Shown one piece after another: positions 1 through 8,543 of a DNA stretch of 64,000 nucleotides (position 1 is the stretch's first letter; each line of letters opens with the position of its first letter). This DNA comes from Synergistales bacterium (GTDB lineage: Bacteria > Synergistota > Synergistia > Synergistales > Aminithiophilaceae), in contig JAHDQY010000014.1 of assembly GCA_018433595.1 (NCBI GenBank), forward strand, positions 2,793 through 66,792, written 5' to 3'. The translations under genes and the position numbers were made by a program. The notes below the pieces were generated by a model. It did no database searches. It saw nothing but the letters and a program-made list of their open reading frames with translations, and was not told the DNA's origin.

Positions 1-70
1 AAAGGCCCCGATCGGAGACACTCCCTTTTGATTCCGGCAGACGCCGAAACCCTGCAAGGAGAAGAAAACC

Positions 71-1342
71 ATGGCGGAACTACGCAAGGAAATCACGACG
101 GGGCGGGGCATCATTCTCGCCGTGACGATGGTCCTCGGTTCGGGACTCTTCGGCCTTCCCGGCCTGGCCCTGGAAAGGGGGACCCCCTACGAGGCTCTGG
201 CGGCCTGGTTTCTCATCTCTCTGGCCATGGTCCCTCTCATCTTCATCTTCTCCGACCTGGGCGTGCGCTTCACCACCGCCGCCGGACTTTCCCGCTACGC
301 CGAGGAGGCCGTCGGCGCCTGGGGAAACTACGCCGTCGTCTACCTCATGATCGGCAGCGTGGCCTTCGGCATGCCGGCCATGTCCAACATCGCCGCCGCC
401 TACATCGCCCGCCTCATCGGCACCCCGGAAAGCTCCGTCACCGCCCTGTCCCTGCTTTTCATCGTCACCATGGTGGCGAGCAACCTCTTCGGCGTCCGGG
501 CCACCTCCGCCGTCAACGGCATCGCCTTCTCGACCCTGGCGGGGCTGCTGCTCGTCGTCATCGCTCACAACGCCCTCTTCATCCACAGCGGCGCCACGGC
601 GGCAACGGAACTTCTTTCGGGACGTCACCCCCTCTCCTTCCGTTCCATCGGAAGCCTCTGCGCCCTGCTCTTCTGGGCCTTTCTCGGATGGGAGAACCTC
701 TCCTACGGCCTCGAGGAGTTCCAGAACCCCCGGCGGAACATTCCCATCGCCTTCTGGGGCAGCTTCGCCGCCGTCACGATCCTCTACCTCCTGCTGGCCC
801 TGACGACGACAGGGGCGGCCCTTGCGGGAAGGACCGTGGGAGGCGCCTCGGGAATGGCCGACCTGCTCCCCCGCAACGTCGGCGAGAAGGGACTCATCAT
901 CGTCATGATCCTCGTCCTCCTGGCCAACGGCAACGTCTGGGTCTTCTCCATCAGCCGCATGCTCTACGCGGCGGCCCGTGACGGCATCCTTCCGTCGAGG
1001 CTGGCCCGCCTCGACAGTCGGGGAGTCCCGACGTGGAGTCTGCTGACCCTGCTCGTCCTCTTCTCGGCGGTGACGATTCTCTCGCCCCTGACGGGCCTCT
1101 CGACGGGAGAGCTCGTCATCCTGGTAAGCCAGAACTTCGTCTTCCTCTTCGCCTTCGCCGTCATCGCCTACTGGAGGCTCAGCAGAGGCCTCAAGGGCCG
1201 GATCGTCGGCACTGCCGCCGTTCTCTCGTCGGCCCTGCTCCTTTCGGATCTCTCCTGGTGGATCCTTTTCCCGGCGGCCCTCACCGCCGCCGGCTTCGTC
1301 GTCTGGAAAAAGCGCACCACCGCCGCCGGCTGTGCCCCCTAG
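71..1342 (+). CDS. amino acid permease, APC superfamily
   Basis: 423-aa ORF that is hydrophobic throughout (about 12 TM). It has the Gly-rich TM1 'GIILAVTMVLGSGLFGLPG' typical of amino acid/polyamine/organocation transporters. AAGGAG lies upstream of the ATG. Confidence 0.7.
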   Translation: MAELRKEITTGRGIILAVTMVLGSGLFGLPGLALERGTPYEALAAWFLISLAMVPLIFIFSDLGVRFTTAAGLSRYAEEAVGAWGNYAVVYLMIGSVAFGMPAMSNIAAAYIARLIGTPESSVTALSLLFIVTMVASNLFGVRATSAVNGIAFSTLAGLLLVVIAHNALFIHSGATAATELLSGRHPLSFRSIGSLCALLFWAFLGWENLSYGLEEFQNPRRNIPIAFWGSFAAVTILYLLLALTTTGAALAGRTVGGASGMADLLPRNVGEKGLIIVMILVLLANGNVWVFSISRMLYAAARDGILPSRLARLDSRGVPTWSLLTLLVLFSAVTILSPLTGLSTGELVILVSQNFVFLFAFAVIAYWRLSRGLKGRIVGTAAVLSSALLLSDLSWWILFPAALTAAGFVVWKKRTTAAGCAP

Positions 1343-1701
1343 GCCTCGCGCTCCAGAAGAGCGCCGGGCCTGAGATCGCTTTTGCGGAGCCTTTCGGCCG
1401 CCTCGGCTGCCGGGAGGCTCCGCAGCACCTTCCCCGTATCGGCGTCGACGACGTCCACCATGTAGCTTTCGTCATCCCGGCGGAGGCGAAGCTTCGTCGG
1501 CCGCTCTTTCCGTCTCCCTCCAGCCGGAAAGAGACGCTCAAGATCCTCGCGGAAGGCGGCCGAGCGCTTCAACTGCCGTCGAAGCTCCTCCCAGAAGGCC
1601 TCGCCTTCGCCAAAACGGAACCGGGACTTGCCGTAGCTTCTGAAATCGAGTTTTTTGCGCTCCAGCGGGTCGACGCGGCGATCGCTTGCCACCCCTCTCA
1701 C
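1339..1701 (-). CDS. FlaG-like protein
   Basis: 120-aa ORF. The C-terminal 'SYMVDVVDADTGKVLRSLPAAEAAERL' resembles the FlaG family signature (VxVVDxxTGEVIRQIP). The start is uncertain, GTG at 1701 or GTG at 1692. Confidence 0.5.
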   Translation of the reverse strand: MRGVASDRRVDPLERKKLDFRSYGKSRFRFGEGEAFWEELRRQLKRSAAFREDLERLFPAGGRRKERPTKLRLRRDDESYMVDVVDADTGKVLRSLPAAEAAERLRKSDLRPGALLEREA

Positions 1702-1706
1702 GCTCC

Positions 1707-1741
1707 TTTCTCTTTTCTCTTTTCTCTTTTCTCTCTTCTCT
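1707..1741. repeat. heptanucleotide tandem repeat (TTTCTCT)x4 plus one imperfect copy
   Basis: Four perfect copies of TTTCTCT at 1707-1734 are followed by CTTCTCT. On the minus strand this reads (AGAGAAA)n and sits directly 5' of the FlaG-like start/RBS. Confidence 0.9.
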
Positions 1742-1780
1742 GCGTCTTTTCATGTCAGAGCGATCTCCCCCAAGGCGTTC

Positions 1781-1789
1781 ATTGTAACA
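1781..1789 (-). promoter_or_regulatory. candidate extended -10 promoter (TGtTACAAT) for the FlaG-like gene
   Basis: The minus strand reads TGTTACAAT, with TTGATT about 15 nt upstream. No sigma-28 consensus was seen. Confidence 0.3.
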
Positions 1790-1869
1790 TGATCTGTTTT
1801 AAATCAAAAAACAACATGACATCCGCCCCGGCCCCATGGGGCGGATGATCCAGAAGGAGCGCAGTCGCG

Positions 1870-1897
1870 AGAGGAGGCCCCCTAGGGGGCCTCCTCT
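1870..1897 (-). terminator. perfect 13-bp palindromic hairpin spanning the GIY-YIG stop codon
   Basis: AGAGGAGGCCCCC-TA-GGGGGCCTCCTCT. The TAG stop (1882-1884) sits at the centre. There is no clear U tract. Confidence 0.4.
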
Positions 1898-2217
1898 TCT
1901 TCGAGACCGAAGGCTTTGACGAGAGCCTCCTTTTCCTCTTTGGACAGCGCCTTCAGGCGGATTTCGGCCCGCAGGGCCTCTCCCCGGGAGGGGCAGGGCT
2001 CCCAGTAGGCGAGGCGCAACGGGCCTCGCCCGCGGGTGTAGCGGGCGCCTTTTCCCCGGCGGTGCTCCTCGAGACGGCGGGCCAGATCGACGGTCCATCC
2101 GCCGTAGAGGGTGCCGTCGCCGCAGCGGATCAGGTAGGCACAGCATATTCCCCGGGGAGGGAACTTCTCTGAAGGGTGGTCGTGACGGGGCATCTTCGGG
2201 TCCGCCTCTGTCTTCAA
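1882..2217 (-). CDS. GIY-YIG nuclease family protein (UPF0213-like)
   Basis: 111 aa. 'CAYLIRCGDGTLYGGWTVDLARRLEEHRRGKGARYTRGRGPLRLAY...RGEALRAEIRLKALSKEEKEAL' matches the GIY-YIG small stand-alone family layout. Confidence 0.75.
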   Translation of the reverse strand: MKTEADPKMPRHDHPSEKFPPRGICCAYLIRCGDGTLYGGWTVDLARRLEEHRRGKGARYTRGRGPLRLAYWEPCPSRGEALRAEIRLKALSKEEKEALVKAFGLEEEEAP

Positions 2218-2231
2218 CGGGCTGCGACGGA

Positions 2232-2264
2232 AACGTCCCTCGGCAGGAAGTGCCGAGGGACGTT
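2232..2264 (-). terminator. 14-bp perfect stem-loop after the 39-codon micro-ORF
   Basis: AACGTCCCTCGGCA-ggaag-TGCCGAGGGACGTT lies 1 nt downstream of the micro-ORF stop. There is no U tract. Confidence 0.4.
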
Positions 2265-2265
2265 C

Positions 2266-2385
2266 TCATCGCAGCTGATAGGCCCGGATGACGTTTTTTA
2301 GGGCATACCGTTTCTGGCAGGCCTGGAAGCGGCCGATCAAAAGTCCCAAGGCGACGCCGACTCCTAGAATGGTAACAAAATGCAT
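2266..2385 (-). CDS. 39-aa single-TM micro-protein (not in the ORF track)
   Basis: Hand translation gives MHFVTILGVGVALGLLIGRFQACQKRYALKNVIRAYQLR*. GAGGAGG lies 7 nt upstream of the ATG. It has its own promoter (2424-2452) and a downstream hairpin. Confidence 0.5.
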   Translation of the reverse strand: MHFVTILGVGVALGLLIGRFQACQKRYALKNVIRAYQLR

Positions 2386-2423
2386 GACCGTGCCTCCTCT
2401 GTGTTATCTTTTTTGTTGACTAC

Positions 2424-2452
2424 AGTCTAGCACGGCCTGATTCAGCTTGCAA
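2424..2452 (-). promoter_or_regulatory. sigma70-like promoter TTGCAA-17-TAGACT
   Basis: The minus strand has the -35 at 2447-2452 and the -10 at 2424-2429 with a 17-nt spacer, about 35 nt upstream of the micro-ORF ATG. Confidence 0.45.
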
Positions 2453-2490
2453 GAGGTATGCTTGTTGAAAAAAAACATACTTTTTGATTC

Positions 2491-4047
2491 TCAGGACCGG
2501 TCAGGAGAGACGCCGGGCTCTGCCTCAGGAGCCGCTTCCCCTTCAGGCGCCTCTTCAGGCGCGGCTTCGGAAACGGGTGGGAACCCTTCCGCAGGAGCCT
2601 CAGGCTCCTCGGCGGGCGCTGCGGGGACAGGCTCCTCGGAAGGCTCTGCCGGGACCGGCTCCTCCGCCGGCAAAACCGGAGCAGGCGCCTCGGAAGACCC
2701 GCTCTTCAGATGCTGCAGCTCCTGGCGGGCAGCCTCCAGGCTGGCTTCGGTGGAGGTCAACTTGGCCTGCGAGGCCTGGAGCTTCTCCTCCATGGCCACC
2801 GCCTTGTCCTCAAGGGCCTTGATCTTCCCCAAAAGGCCCTCTATCTCTCCGGCGCCCTCGACCTTCTCGGCCTGAACCCTTTCCAGAAGCGCCTTCGTTT
2901 CGGCGAGACCGGCCTCGGCGGCTTCGGCGCGGCTGCGCTCGTCGGCGACGAGTTTCTCAAGTTCGGCGATCTTTTCCTCCCGGGCGGCCTGAGCCTCTTC
3001 GGAGGTCTTGAGCGAAGCGGCAAGCTCCGCCTTGACCTCTTCAACGGTCTTGAGAGCCTCTCCGAGCTCCGCTTCGGCCTTCTCCGCCCGGGCCGTTACG
3101 GCGGCCTGGGCCTCTTCGACGCCGGCCTTTTCGGCTTCACGGGCGCTTTTCAGGGTTTCGAGCTCCTTCTCGGCGGCCTCGGCACGGGCCTCGGCAGCGG
3201 CGAGGCGGCCTTCCGTCTCCTTCAGAGCAGCCTTGGTCATCTCGAGGGATTCCTTGGTGAGGCGCAGGGTTTCCACGTTGATGCGAAGCTGCTCCTCAAG
3301 AACGCCGGGGGCGGCGGCAGCCGGAGCCGAAACAGGCGTCTCCGAGCCTTCTCCGGCGGGGAGGCCCTCAAGAAGCGATTCCTGGACCGCAACGAGACGG
3401 GAGATCTCGTCGGCAGCGGCTCTCTGGCGGTTCAGATCGTTGCGAAGGTAGGCCTCATGGCGCTGCGAACTGCCCTCGACCTTGCCGAGGGACTCCTGGA
3501 AACCGGCCATTTCCTCCGTCAGGACCGCCACGGCTTCCTTCATCTCTCCCAGGTTTTTCACGGAAGCCTCGTAGTCACCGTTCATCTTCTCCACCAGGGC
3601 CTGAAGGGCGTGGGTCGTCTCGAGCTGAGAGGCGATCTTTCTGTTCATCTGAGTCCACATGACGTTGAGAACGATGAGGACGACGACGGCCAGGGCCAGA
3701 GGGCGCCACCAGGAGCAACGGGATCTCTCCTGTTTGGGCGGGACGTCGCAGGGCGGAGGCGTCGCCTCGTCGGCTCGGCCCCAGTCCTCCTCCTCTTCCC
3801 CTTCTTCGGCTTCCCTCTCCTCCTGGAAATCGGCTTCTCCCGGCCCGTCGGGCTCCGTCTCGTTCAGAGTTTCGACGTCGACGTCCTCCGTGAGGAGAAT
3901 TTCCTCTTCTTCGCCGAGGGGCTTTTTAACGGGTTCGTTCTCCTGGCGCTCTTCTTCCATGTTTTCGGGGATCCGTCCGTCTTGAAGGTTGTCTTCGTTC
4001 ATTCCCTCATCTCCTCTCAAAGGCCGCCGACCGGCGGGGAACTCCAT
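2491..4047 (-). CDS. membrane-anchored coiled-coil protein of unknown function
   Basis: It has an acidic N-terminus, one TM segment (WWRPLALAVVVLIVLNVMW), a long Ala/Glu/Lys-rich heptad-like region and a C-terminal Pro-Ala-Glu repeat (AEEPVPAEPSEEPVPAAPAEEPEAPAE). The better start is probably the ATG at 4002 (MNEDNL), which has GGAG 8 nt upstream. Confidence 0.55.
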   Translation of the reverse strand: MEFPAGRRPLRGDEGMNEDNLQDGRIPENMEEERQENEPVKKPLGEEEEILLTEDVDVETLNETEPDGPGEADFQEEREAEEGEEEEDWGRADEATPPPCDVPPKQERSRCSWWRPLALAVVVLIVLNVMWTQMNRKIASQLETTHALQALVEKMNGDYEASVKNLGEMKEAVAVLTEEMAGFQESLGKVEGSSQRHEAYLRNDLNRQRAAADEISRLVAVQESLLEGLPAGEGSETPVSAPAAAAPGVLEEQLRINVETLRLTKESLEMTKAALKETEGRLAAAEARAEAAEKELETLKSAREAEKAGVEEAQAAVTARAEKAEAELGEALKTVEEVKAELAASLKTSEEAQAAREEKIAELEKLVADERSRAEAAEAGLAETKALLERVQAEKVEGAGEIEGLLGKIKALEDKAVAMEEKLQASQAKLTSTEASLEAARQELQHLKSGSSEAPAPVLPAEEPVPAEPSEEPVPAAPAEEPEAPAEGFPPVSEAAPEEAPEGEAAPEAEPGVSPDRS

Positions 4048-4099
4048 CGGCGATTCCAGGAAGTCTCCACTGTTACGTGAATATTATACCGTCGGGGCA

Positions 4100-4142
4100 C
4101 ATAAAGAGAAAGGGAAGTCCCTCTGAGAGGCTTCCCTTTCTC
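4100..4142 (-). terminator. rho-independent terminator of the ilv-leu operon
   Basis: 12-bp perfect stem GAGAAAGGGAAG/CTTCCCTTTCTC (4106-4142) with an internally pairing loop. It is followed on the minus strand by TTTAT and lies 28 nt after the ilvB stop. Confidence 0.6.
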
Positions 4143-4169
4143 CTTATCTGTCGGCCCATGATCACGGGA

Positions 4170-5855
4170 TCAATGGAGGCTGCCCCCCTTTTCTTCCGCT
4201 TCCGGCCAGATAAAGTCACCCAGATCGGCACCGGCGGGAACCATGGGGAAGACCTTGTCCCTCCAGGGAATGACACAGTCGACCAGGGCCGGTCCCGGGC
4301 TCTCCAGAGCTTCCCTGAGGGTCGACTCCATCCCCTCCGGGCCGGTGATGCGGTACCCCCTCATGGAAAAGGCCTCGGCGAGAGCGACGAAGTCACAGCG
4401 GGGCGCCTCCATCGTCTGAACGTAGCGTTCGTCGTAGAAAAGCTCCTGCCACTGGCGGACCATGCCGAGGCTGCCGTTGTTGAAGACGATGATCTTGACG
4501 GGAAGGTTGTAGCGGGAGCAGCTTTCCAGTTCCTGAAGGTTCATGAGGAGGCTGCCGTCGCCGGCGAGACAGACGACGGGCTTGCCCGTGGCAAAGGCCG
4601 CGCCGAGAGAGGCCGGTAGACCGAATCCCATCGTCCCCAGCCCTCCCGAGGAGATGAAGCTGCGGGGGCGGTTCGCCTCCCAATGCAGCCCCGCCCACAT
4701 CTGATGCTGCCCCACCTCGGTGACGACCGTTGTCGCTTCGTCGACGAGGCGACGGACGGTCCGAATGAGGAGGGGAGCCGAAAGGATCTCTCCCGAAGGT
4801 TCGAGGGGATAGCTCCGCCTCCAGCCGTCGATCGTCTCCTGCCAGGCCCTGCAGTTCTTCCCCCTGACGGCCCCCGTCAGGAGAGACAGAACCTTAGCCG
4901 CATCGCCGACGAGGCCTATCTGGGGAGCAAGGGTCTTGCCCACCTCGGCCCGGTCCATATCGATATGGATCAGCTTGGCCTTGGGAGCAAAAGCATCGAG
5001 GCGCCCCGTCGTCCTGTCGGAAAAACGCATTCCCACGGCGACGACGATGTCGGCCTCGCAGAGGGCCCTATTGGCCTGAGCCTGTCCGTGCATCCCCGCC
5101 GTCCCCAGGGCAAGAGGGTGTCTCTCGGGAAAACCGCCCTTGCCCATGAAGGTCGTCGCCACGGGGATCGATCCGGCCTCGGCGAAGTCGAGGAGTTCCT
5201 GCGTGGCACCGGAGAGGATGATGCCTCCTCCGGAAAGGACCAGGGGGCGCTGGGATCGCTTGAGAAGACGCCGGGCCTCGTCAAGCCCGGAAAGCTCTTC
5301 GGCCGCTTCGGCGCTGTAACCGGGAAAGCTCAATGCCGGCGGGTAGTCGAATTCTCCCCGGGCGTTCTGGACGTCGACGGGGATGTCGACGAGAACCGGG
5401 CCGGGCCGCCCGGTACGGGCGATGAAGAAGGCCCCGGCCAGCGCCGCCGGCAGTTCTTCGAGGTTCCTGACGAGAAAGCTGTGCTTCACCAGGGGCATGC
5501 TGCATCCGAAGATGTCAGCCTCCTGGAAGGCATCGGTTCCGATGAGGGAGGTCTTGACCTGGCCGGTGATGACGACGAGGGGGACCGAATCCATGCGGGC
5601 ATCGGCGAGACCGGTCAGGGTGTTGGTCGCACCCGGCCCGGATGTGACAAGGCAGACACCCACCTTGCCGGAGACGCGGGCATAGCCTTCCGCGGCATGG
5701 ACGGCTCCCTGTTCATGGCGGGTCAGGACCTGGCGAAAGGGGGCATTCACCATCGCGTCAAAGAGGGGGATGACCGTCCCTCCGGGAATTCCGAAAAGGA
5801 CTTCGACGCCCTCGCGGTGCAAGGCCTCGACGACCATCTGTGCCCCGTTCATCAT
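4170..5855 (-). CDS. ilvB: acetolactate synthase (acetohydroxyacid synthase) large subunit
   Basis: 561 aa. 'MNGAQMVVEALHREGVEVLFGIPGGTVIPLFDA' at the N-terminus and the ThDP motif 'GDGSLLMNLQELES...NNGSLGMVRQWQ'. Confidence 0.9.
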   Translation of the reverse strand: MMNGAQMVVEALHREGVEVLFGIPGGTVIPLFDAMVNAPFRQVLTRHEQGAVHAAEGYARVSGKVGVCLVTSGPGATNTLTGLADARMDSVPLVVITGQVKTSLIGTDAFQEADIFGCSMPLVKHSFLVRNLEELPAALAGAFFIARTGRPGPVLVDIPVDVQNARGEFDYPPALSFPGYSAEAAEELSGLDEARRLLKRSQRPLVLSGGGIILSGATQELLDFAEAGSIPVATTFMGKGGFPERHPLALGTAGMHGQAQANRALCEADIVVAVGMRFSDRTTGRLDAFAPKAKLIHIDMDRAEVGKTLAPQIGLVGDAAKVLSLLTGAVRGKNCRAWQETIDGWRRSYPLEPSGEILSAPLLIRTVRRLVDEATTVVTEVGQHQMWAGLHWEANRPRSFISSGGLGTMGFGLPASLGAAFATGKPVVCLAGDGSLLMNLQELESCSRYNLPVKIIVFNNGSLGMVRQWQELFYDERYVQTMEAPRCDFVALAEAFSMRGYRITGPEGMESTLREALESPGPALVDCVIPWRDKVFPMVPAGADLGDFIWPEAEEKGGSLH

Positions 5856-5900
5856 GATCGGCCGCCTCCTTTCTTTCGGTTGTTTTTTCGCTCCCGGCTT

Positions 5901-7457
5901 CTAGTGGGAGCCCTCGACCACCCTGGCGACCTGGCGGCCTTCGCAGATCTGGAAGAGACGGTTCAGGGCGTTGATGTAGGCTTTGAGGCTGGCCTCGATG
6001 ACGTCGGTGCTGGCCCCACGGCCGGCGGCGCTGACGCCGTCGAGGCTGATGACCAGGGCGGCCTGGCCGACGGCGTCGGTCCGCTCCGTGACGGCTTCGA
6101 TGTTGTACCGAAGCAGCTGGGGCTCGAGGCCGGTGACGCGCTTCACGGCCGAAAAGACGGCGTCGACGGGACCATTGCCGGTGGCGGCATCGGTCCGCTC
6201 CGTCTCGCCTTCCACGAGGGTCACCGTCGCCGTCGCCCTGTCGCGCCCGGCCGACTGGACCATGTAGTCCTTCAGAACCAGCCGTTTCTGGGGAGTGACG
6301 GCAAGGATCTCGTCGACGATAAGAGCCTCCAGATCGTCGTCGGTGACGATCTCCTTCCTGTCACAGAGGTTCTTGAAGAGGACGAAGGCCTCCTCGACCA
6401 TCTCCCGCTCCAGGGAGTAGCCGAGGGCCTCGATGCGGCTGGAGAAGGCATGTCGGCCCGAATGCTTGCCCAGCACGAGGCGGCTGCTGGGAGCACCGAC
6501 ATCTTCCGGCTTCATGATCTCGTAGGTGCTCCGGTTGCGCAAAACCCCGTGCTGGTGGATGCCGGCCTCGTGGGCGAAGGCGTTCCGTCCCACGACGGCC
6601 TTGTTGGGCGGCACGGGAAAACCCGTCAGGCGAGAGACGAGGCCGCTGAGGCCGGCAAAGACCGTCGTGTCGAGCGTCGTGTCGGGGCCGTCGACGCCTC
6701 GCCGGACCCTGAGGGCCATGGCGATCTCCTCCATGGCGGCGTTTCCGGCCCGTTCGCCGATGCCGTTGACGGTGCACTCCACCTGACGGGCCCCGCGGCG
6801 GACGGCCTCAAGGGAGTTGGCCACGGCCAGGCCCAGATCGTCATGGCAGTGGACGGACCAGACCACCTCGGGAGGGGCATCGACGCGGGCGATGACGTCG
6901 CTCAGAAAGTCCCCGAACTCACTGGGAATGGCGTAACCGACGGTATCGGGGACGTTGAGGGTCGTGGCGCCGCACTGGACGGCCATGCGGAAGACCTCGG
7001 CCAGGAAGGCGGGATCGGACCGGCTGGCGTCCTCGGCGGAAAATTCCACGTCGGATGTGAGGGAGCGGGCCAGGGTAACGGCCCGGCGCACCTCCTCGAG
7101 AACCTCCTGGCGGGTCATGCGGAGCTTGTGCTCCAGGTGGATGTCGCTGGTGGCGATGAAGGTGTGGATCCGGGGCCTTTCGGCCTCCTTCACGGCCTCC
7201 CAGGCGGCCCTGATGTCCTCGTCGCGCGTTCTGGCCAGACCGGCCACGATCGGACCCTGCACCTCACGGGCAATGGCACGCACCGACTCGAGATCGCCCT
7301 CGGAAGCGGCGGGAAAGCCTGCCTCGATCACATCGACTCCAAGTCGCGCCAGCTGGCGTGCGATCTGAAGCTTTTCGGCCCTGTTCAGGTTGATGCCGGG
7401 CGACTGCTCTCCGTCTCTCAGCGTGGTGTCAAAAATGCGTACCCTGTCGGGATTCAT
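5901..7457 (-). CDS. leuA: 2-isopropylmalate synthase (citramalate synthase not excluded)
   Basis: 518 aa. 'RIFDTTLRDGEQSPG' HMGL-like barrel motif, 'HCHDDLGLAVANSL', and a C-terminal LeuA-dimerisation/regulatory domain length. Confidence 0.8.
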   Translation of the reverse strand: MNPDRVRIFDTTLRDGEQSPGINLNRAEKLQIARQLARLGVDVIEAGFPAASEGDLESVRAIAREVQGPIVAGLARTRDEDIRAAWEAVKEAERPRIHTFIATSDIHLEHKLRMTRQEVLEEVRRAVTLARSLTSDVEFSAEDASRSDPAFLAEVFRMAVQCGATTLNVPDTVGYAIPSEFGDFLSDVIARVDAPPEVVWSVHCHDDLGLAVANSLEAVRRGARQVECTVNGIGERAGNAAMEEIAMALRVRRGVDGPDTTLDTTVFAGLSGLVSRLTGFPVPPNKAVVGRNAFAHEAGIHQHGVLRNRSTYEIMKPEDVGAPSSRLVLGKHSGRHAFSSRIEALGYSLEREMVEEAFVLFKNLCDRKEIVTDDDLEALIVDEILAVTPQKRLVLKDYMVQSAGRDRATATVTLVEGETERTDAATGNGPVDAVFSAVKRVTGLEPQLLRYNIEAVTERTDAVGQAALVISLDGVSAAGRGASTDVIEASLKAYINALNRLFQICEGRQVARVVEGSH

Positions 7458-7493
7458 GATTTCCTCCTCCCGAGGCCGGTCAAGGCCTCGCCT

Positions 7494-8510
7494 TCAGCTC
7501 TCGGGGGCCTCCTTGGCCTCCATCCAGGGCATCATCGTTCTCAACGACTTGCCGACCTGTTCGATGGGGTGGTTCTTCTCGGAGCGCATCCAGGCCCTCA
7601 TGCGGGGGCGGCCGCAGAGATTCTCGGCGATCCAGTCCTGGGCGAAGGATCCGTCCTGAATCCGCTGGAGCAGCTCCTGCATGGCCTCACGGGTGTACTC
7701 GTCGACGACCTTCCTGCCGGCCACGAGATCGCCGTACTTGGCCGTGTCGCTGACGGAGTAGCGCATCCAGGAGAGGCCGCCTTCGTAGATCATGTCGACG
7801 ATGAGCTTGAGCTCGTTGAGGCATTCGAAGTAGGCGATCTCCGGCTGGTACCCGGCATCGACGAGGGTGTCGAACCCGGCCTTGATGAGCTCCGTCACGC
7901 CGCCGCAGAGGACGGCCTGCTCTCCGAAGAGGTCCGTCTCCGTCTCCTCGGCGAAGGTCGTCTCGATGACGCCGGCCCTGCCGCCGCCGATGGCCGAGGC
8001 ATAGGCGAGGCCGATCTCCTTGGCCTGGCCCGAGGGATTCTGATAGACGGCGATGAGGCAGGGAACGCCCTTGCCTTCGGCGAACATGCGCCGCACCAGA
8101 TGGCCCGGCCCCTTGGGAGCGACCATGAAGACGTCATGGTCGGCGGGAGGCACGACCTGGCCGTAGTGGATGCAGAAGCCGTGGGCGAAGACCAGGGCCG
8201 CGCCCTCTCTGAGGAAGGGCGCCACGTCGTTGCGGAAGACTTCGGCCTGAACGTGGTCGGGCATGAGAAACATGACGACGTCGGCGGAAGCGACGGCATC
8301 CTTCACGGAGAGGACTTCGAAGCCGTCGGCCTGGGCCTTGGCCCGGCTGCGGCTCGTCTCGTGAAGACCGATGACGACGGAGACGCCGCTGTCACGGAGG
8401 TTCTGGGCATGAGCGTGACCCTGGCTGCCATAGCCGAGGACGGCCACCCTCCTGCCCTTGATAAGTTCGAGATTCGCATCCTTGTCGTAGTAAACCTGTG
8501 CCATCTTCAA
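7494..8510 (-). CDS. ilvC: ketol-acid reductoisomerase
   Basis: 338 aa. '[21 protein letters not shown]' Rossmann motif and class I KARI length. Confidence 0.9.
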   Translation of the reverse strand: MKMAQVYYDKDANLELIKGRRVAVLGYGSQGHAHAQNLRDSGVSVVIGLHETSRSRAKAQADGFEVLSVKDAVASADVVMFLMPDHVQAEVFRNDVAPFLREGAALVFAHGFCIHYGQVVPPADHDVFMVAPKGPGHLVRRMFAEGKGVPCLIAVYQNPSGQAKEIGLAYASAIGGGRAGVIETTFAEETETDLFGEQAVLCGGVTELIKAGFDTLVDAGYQPEIAYFECLNELKLIVDMIYEGGLSWMRYSVSDTAKYGDLVAGRKVVDEYTREAMQELLQRIQDGSFAQDWIAENLCGRPRMRAWMRSEKNHPIEQVGKSLRTMMPWMEAKEAPES

Positions 8511-8543
8511 AAACCCCTTTCGATTTTGTCTATCGGCTTCGCC

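Noticed and set aside
1033-1848. 271-aa plus-strand ORF spanning the permease 3' end, the FlaG-like gene (antisense) and the heptamer repeat
   Set aside because: It overlaps the better-supported permease out of frame and is antisense to the FlaG-like ORF. Part of its translation (FSFLFSLFSLL) comes merely from the TTTCTCT repeat.
2710-4080. 456-aa plus-strand ORF opposite the coiled-coil gene. The Ser/Gly/Ala-rich ORF at 2447-2875 is similar.
   Set aside because: Both strands are low complexity, so this is the least certain strand call. The minus strand was preferred because it has a TM helix, heptad-like coiled-coil periodicity, an RBS-preceded ATG (4002) and an upstream TATAAT. The plus-strand product is a Gly/Leu-rich string with no RBS.
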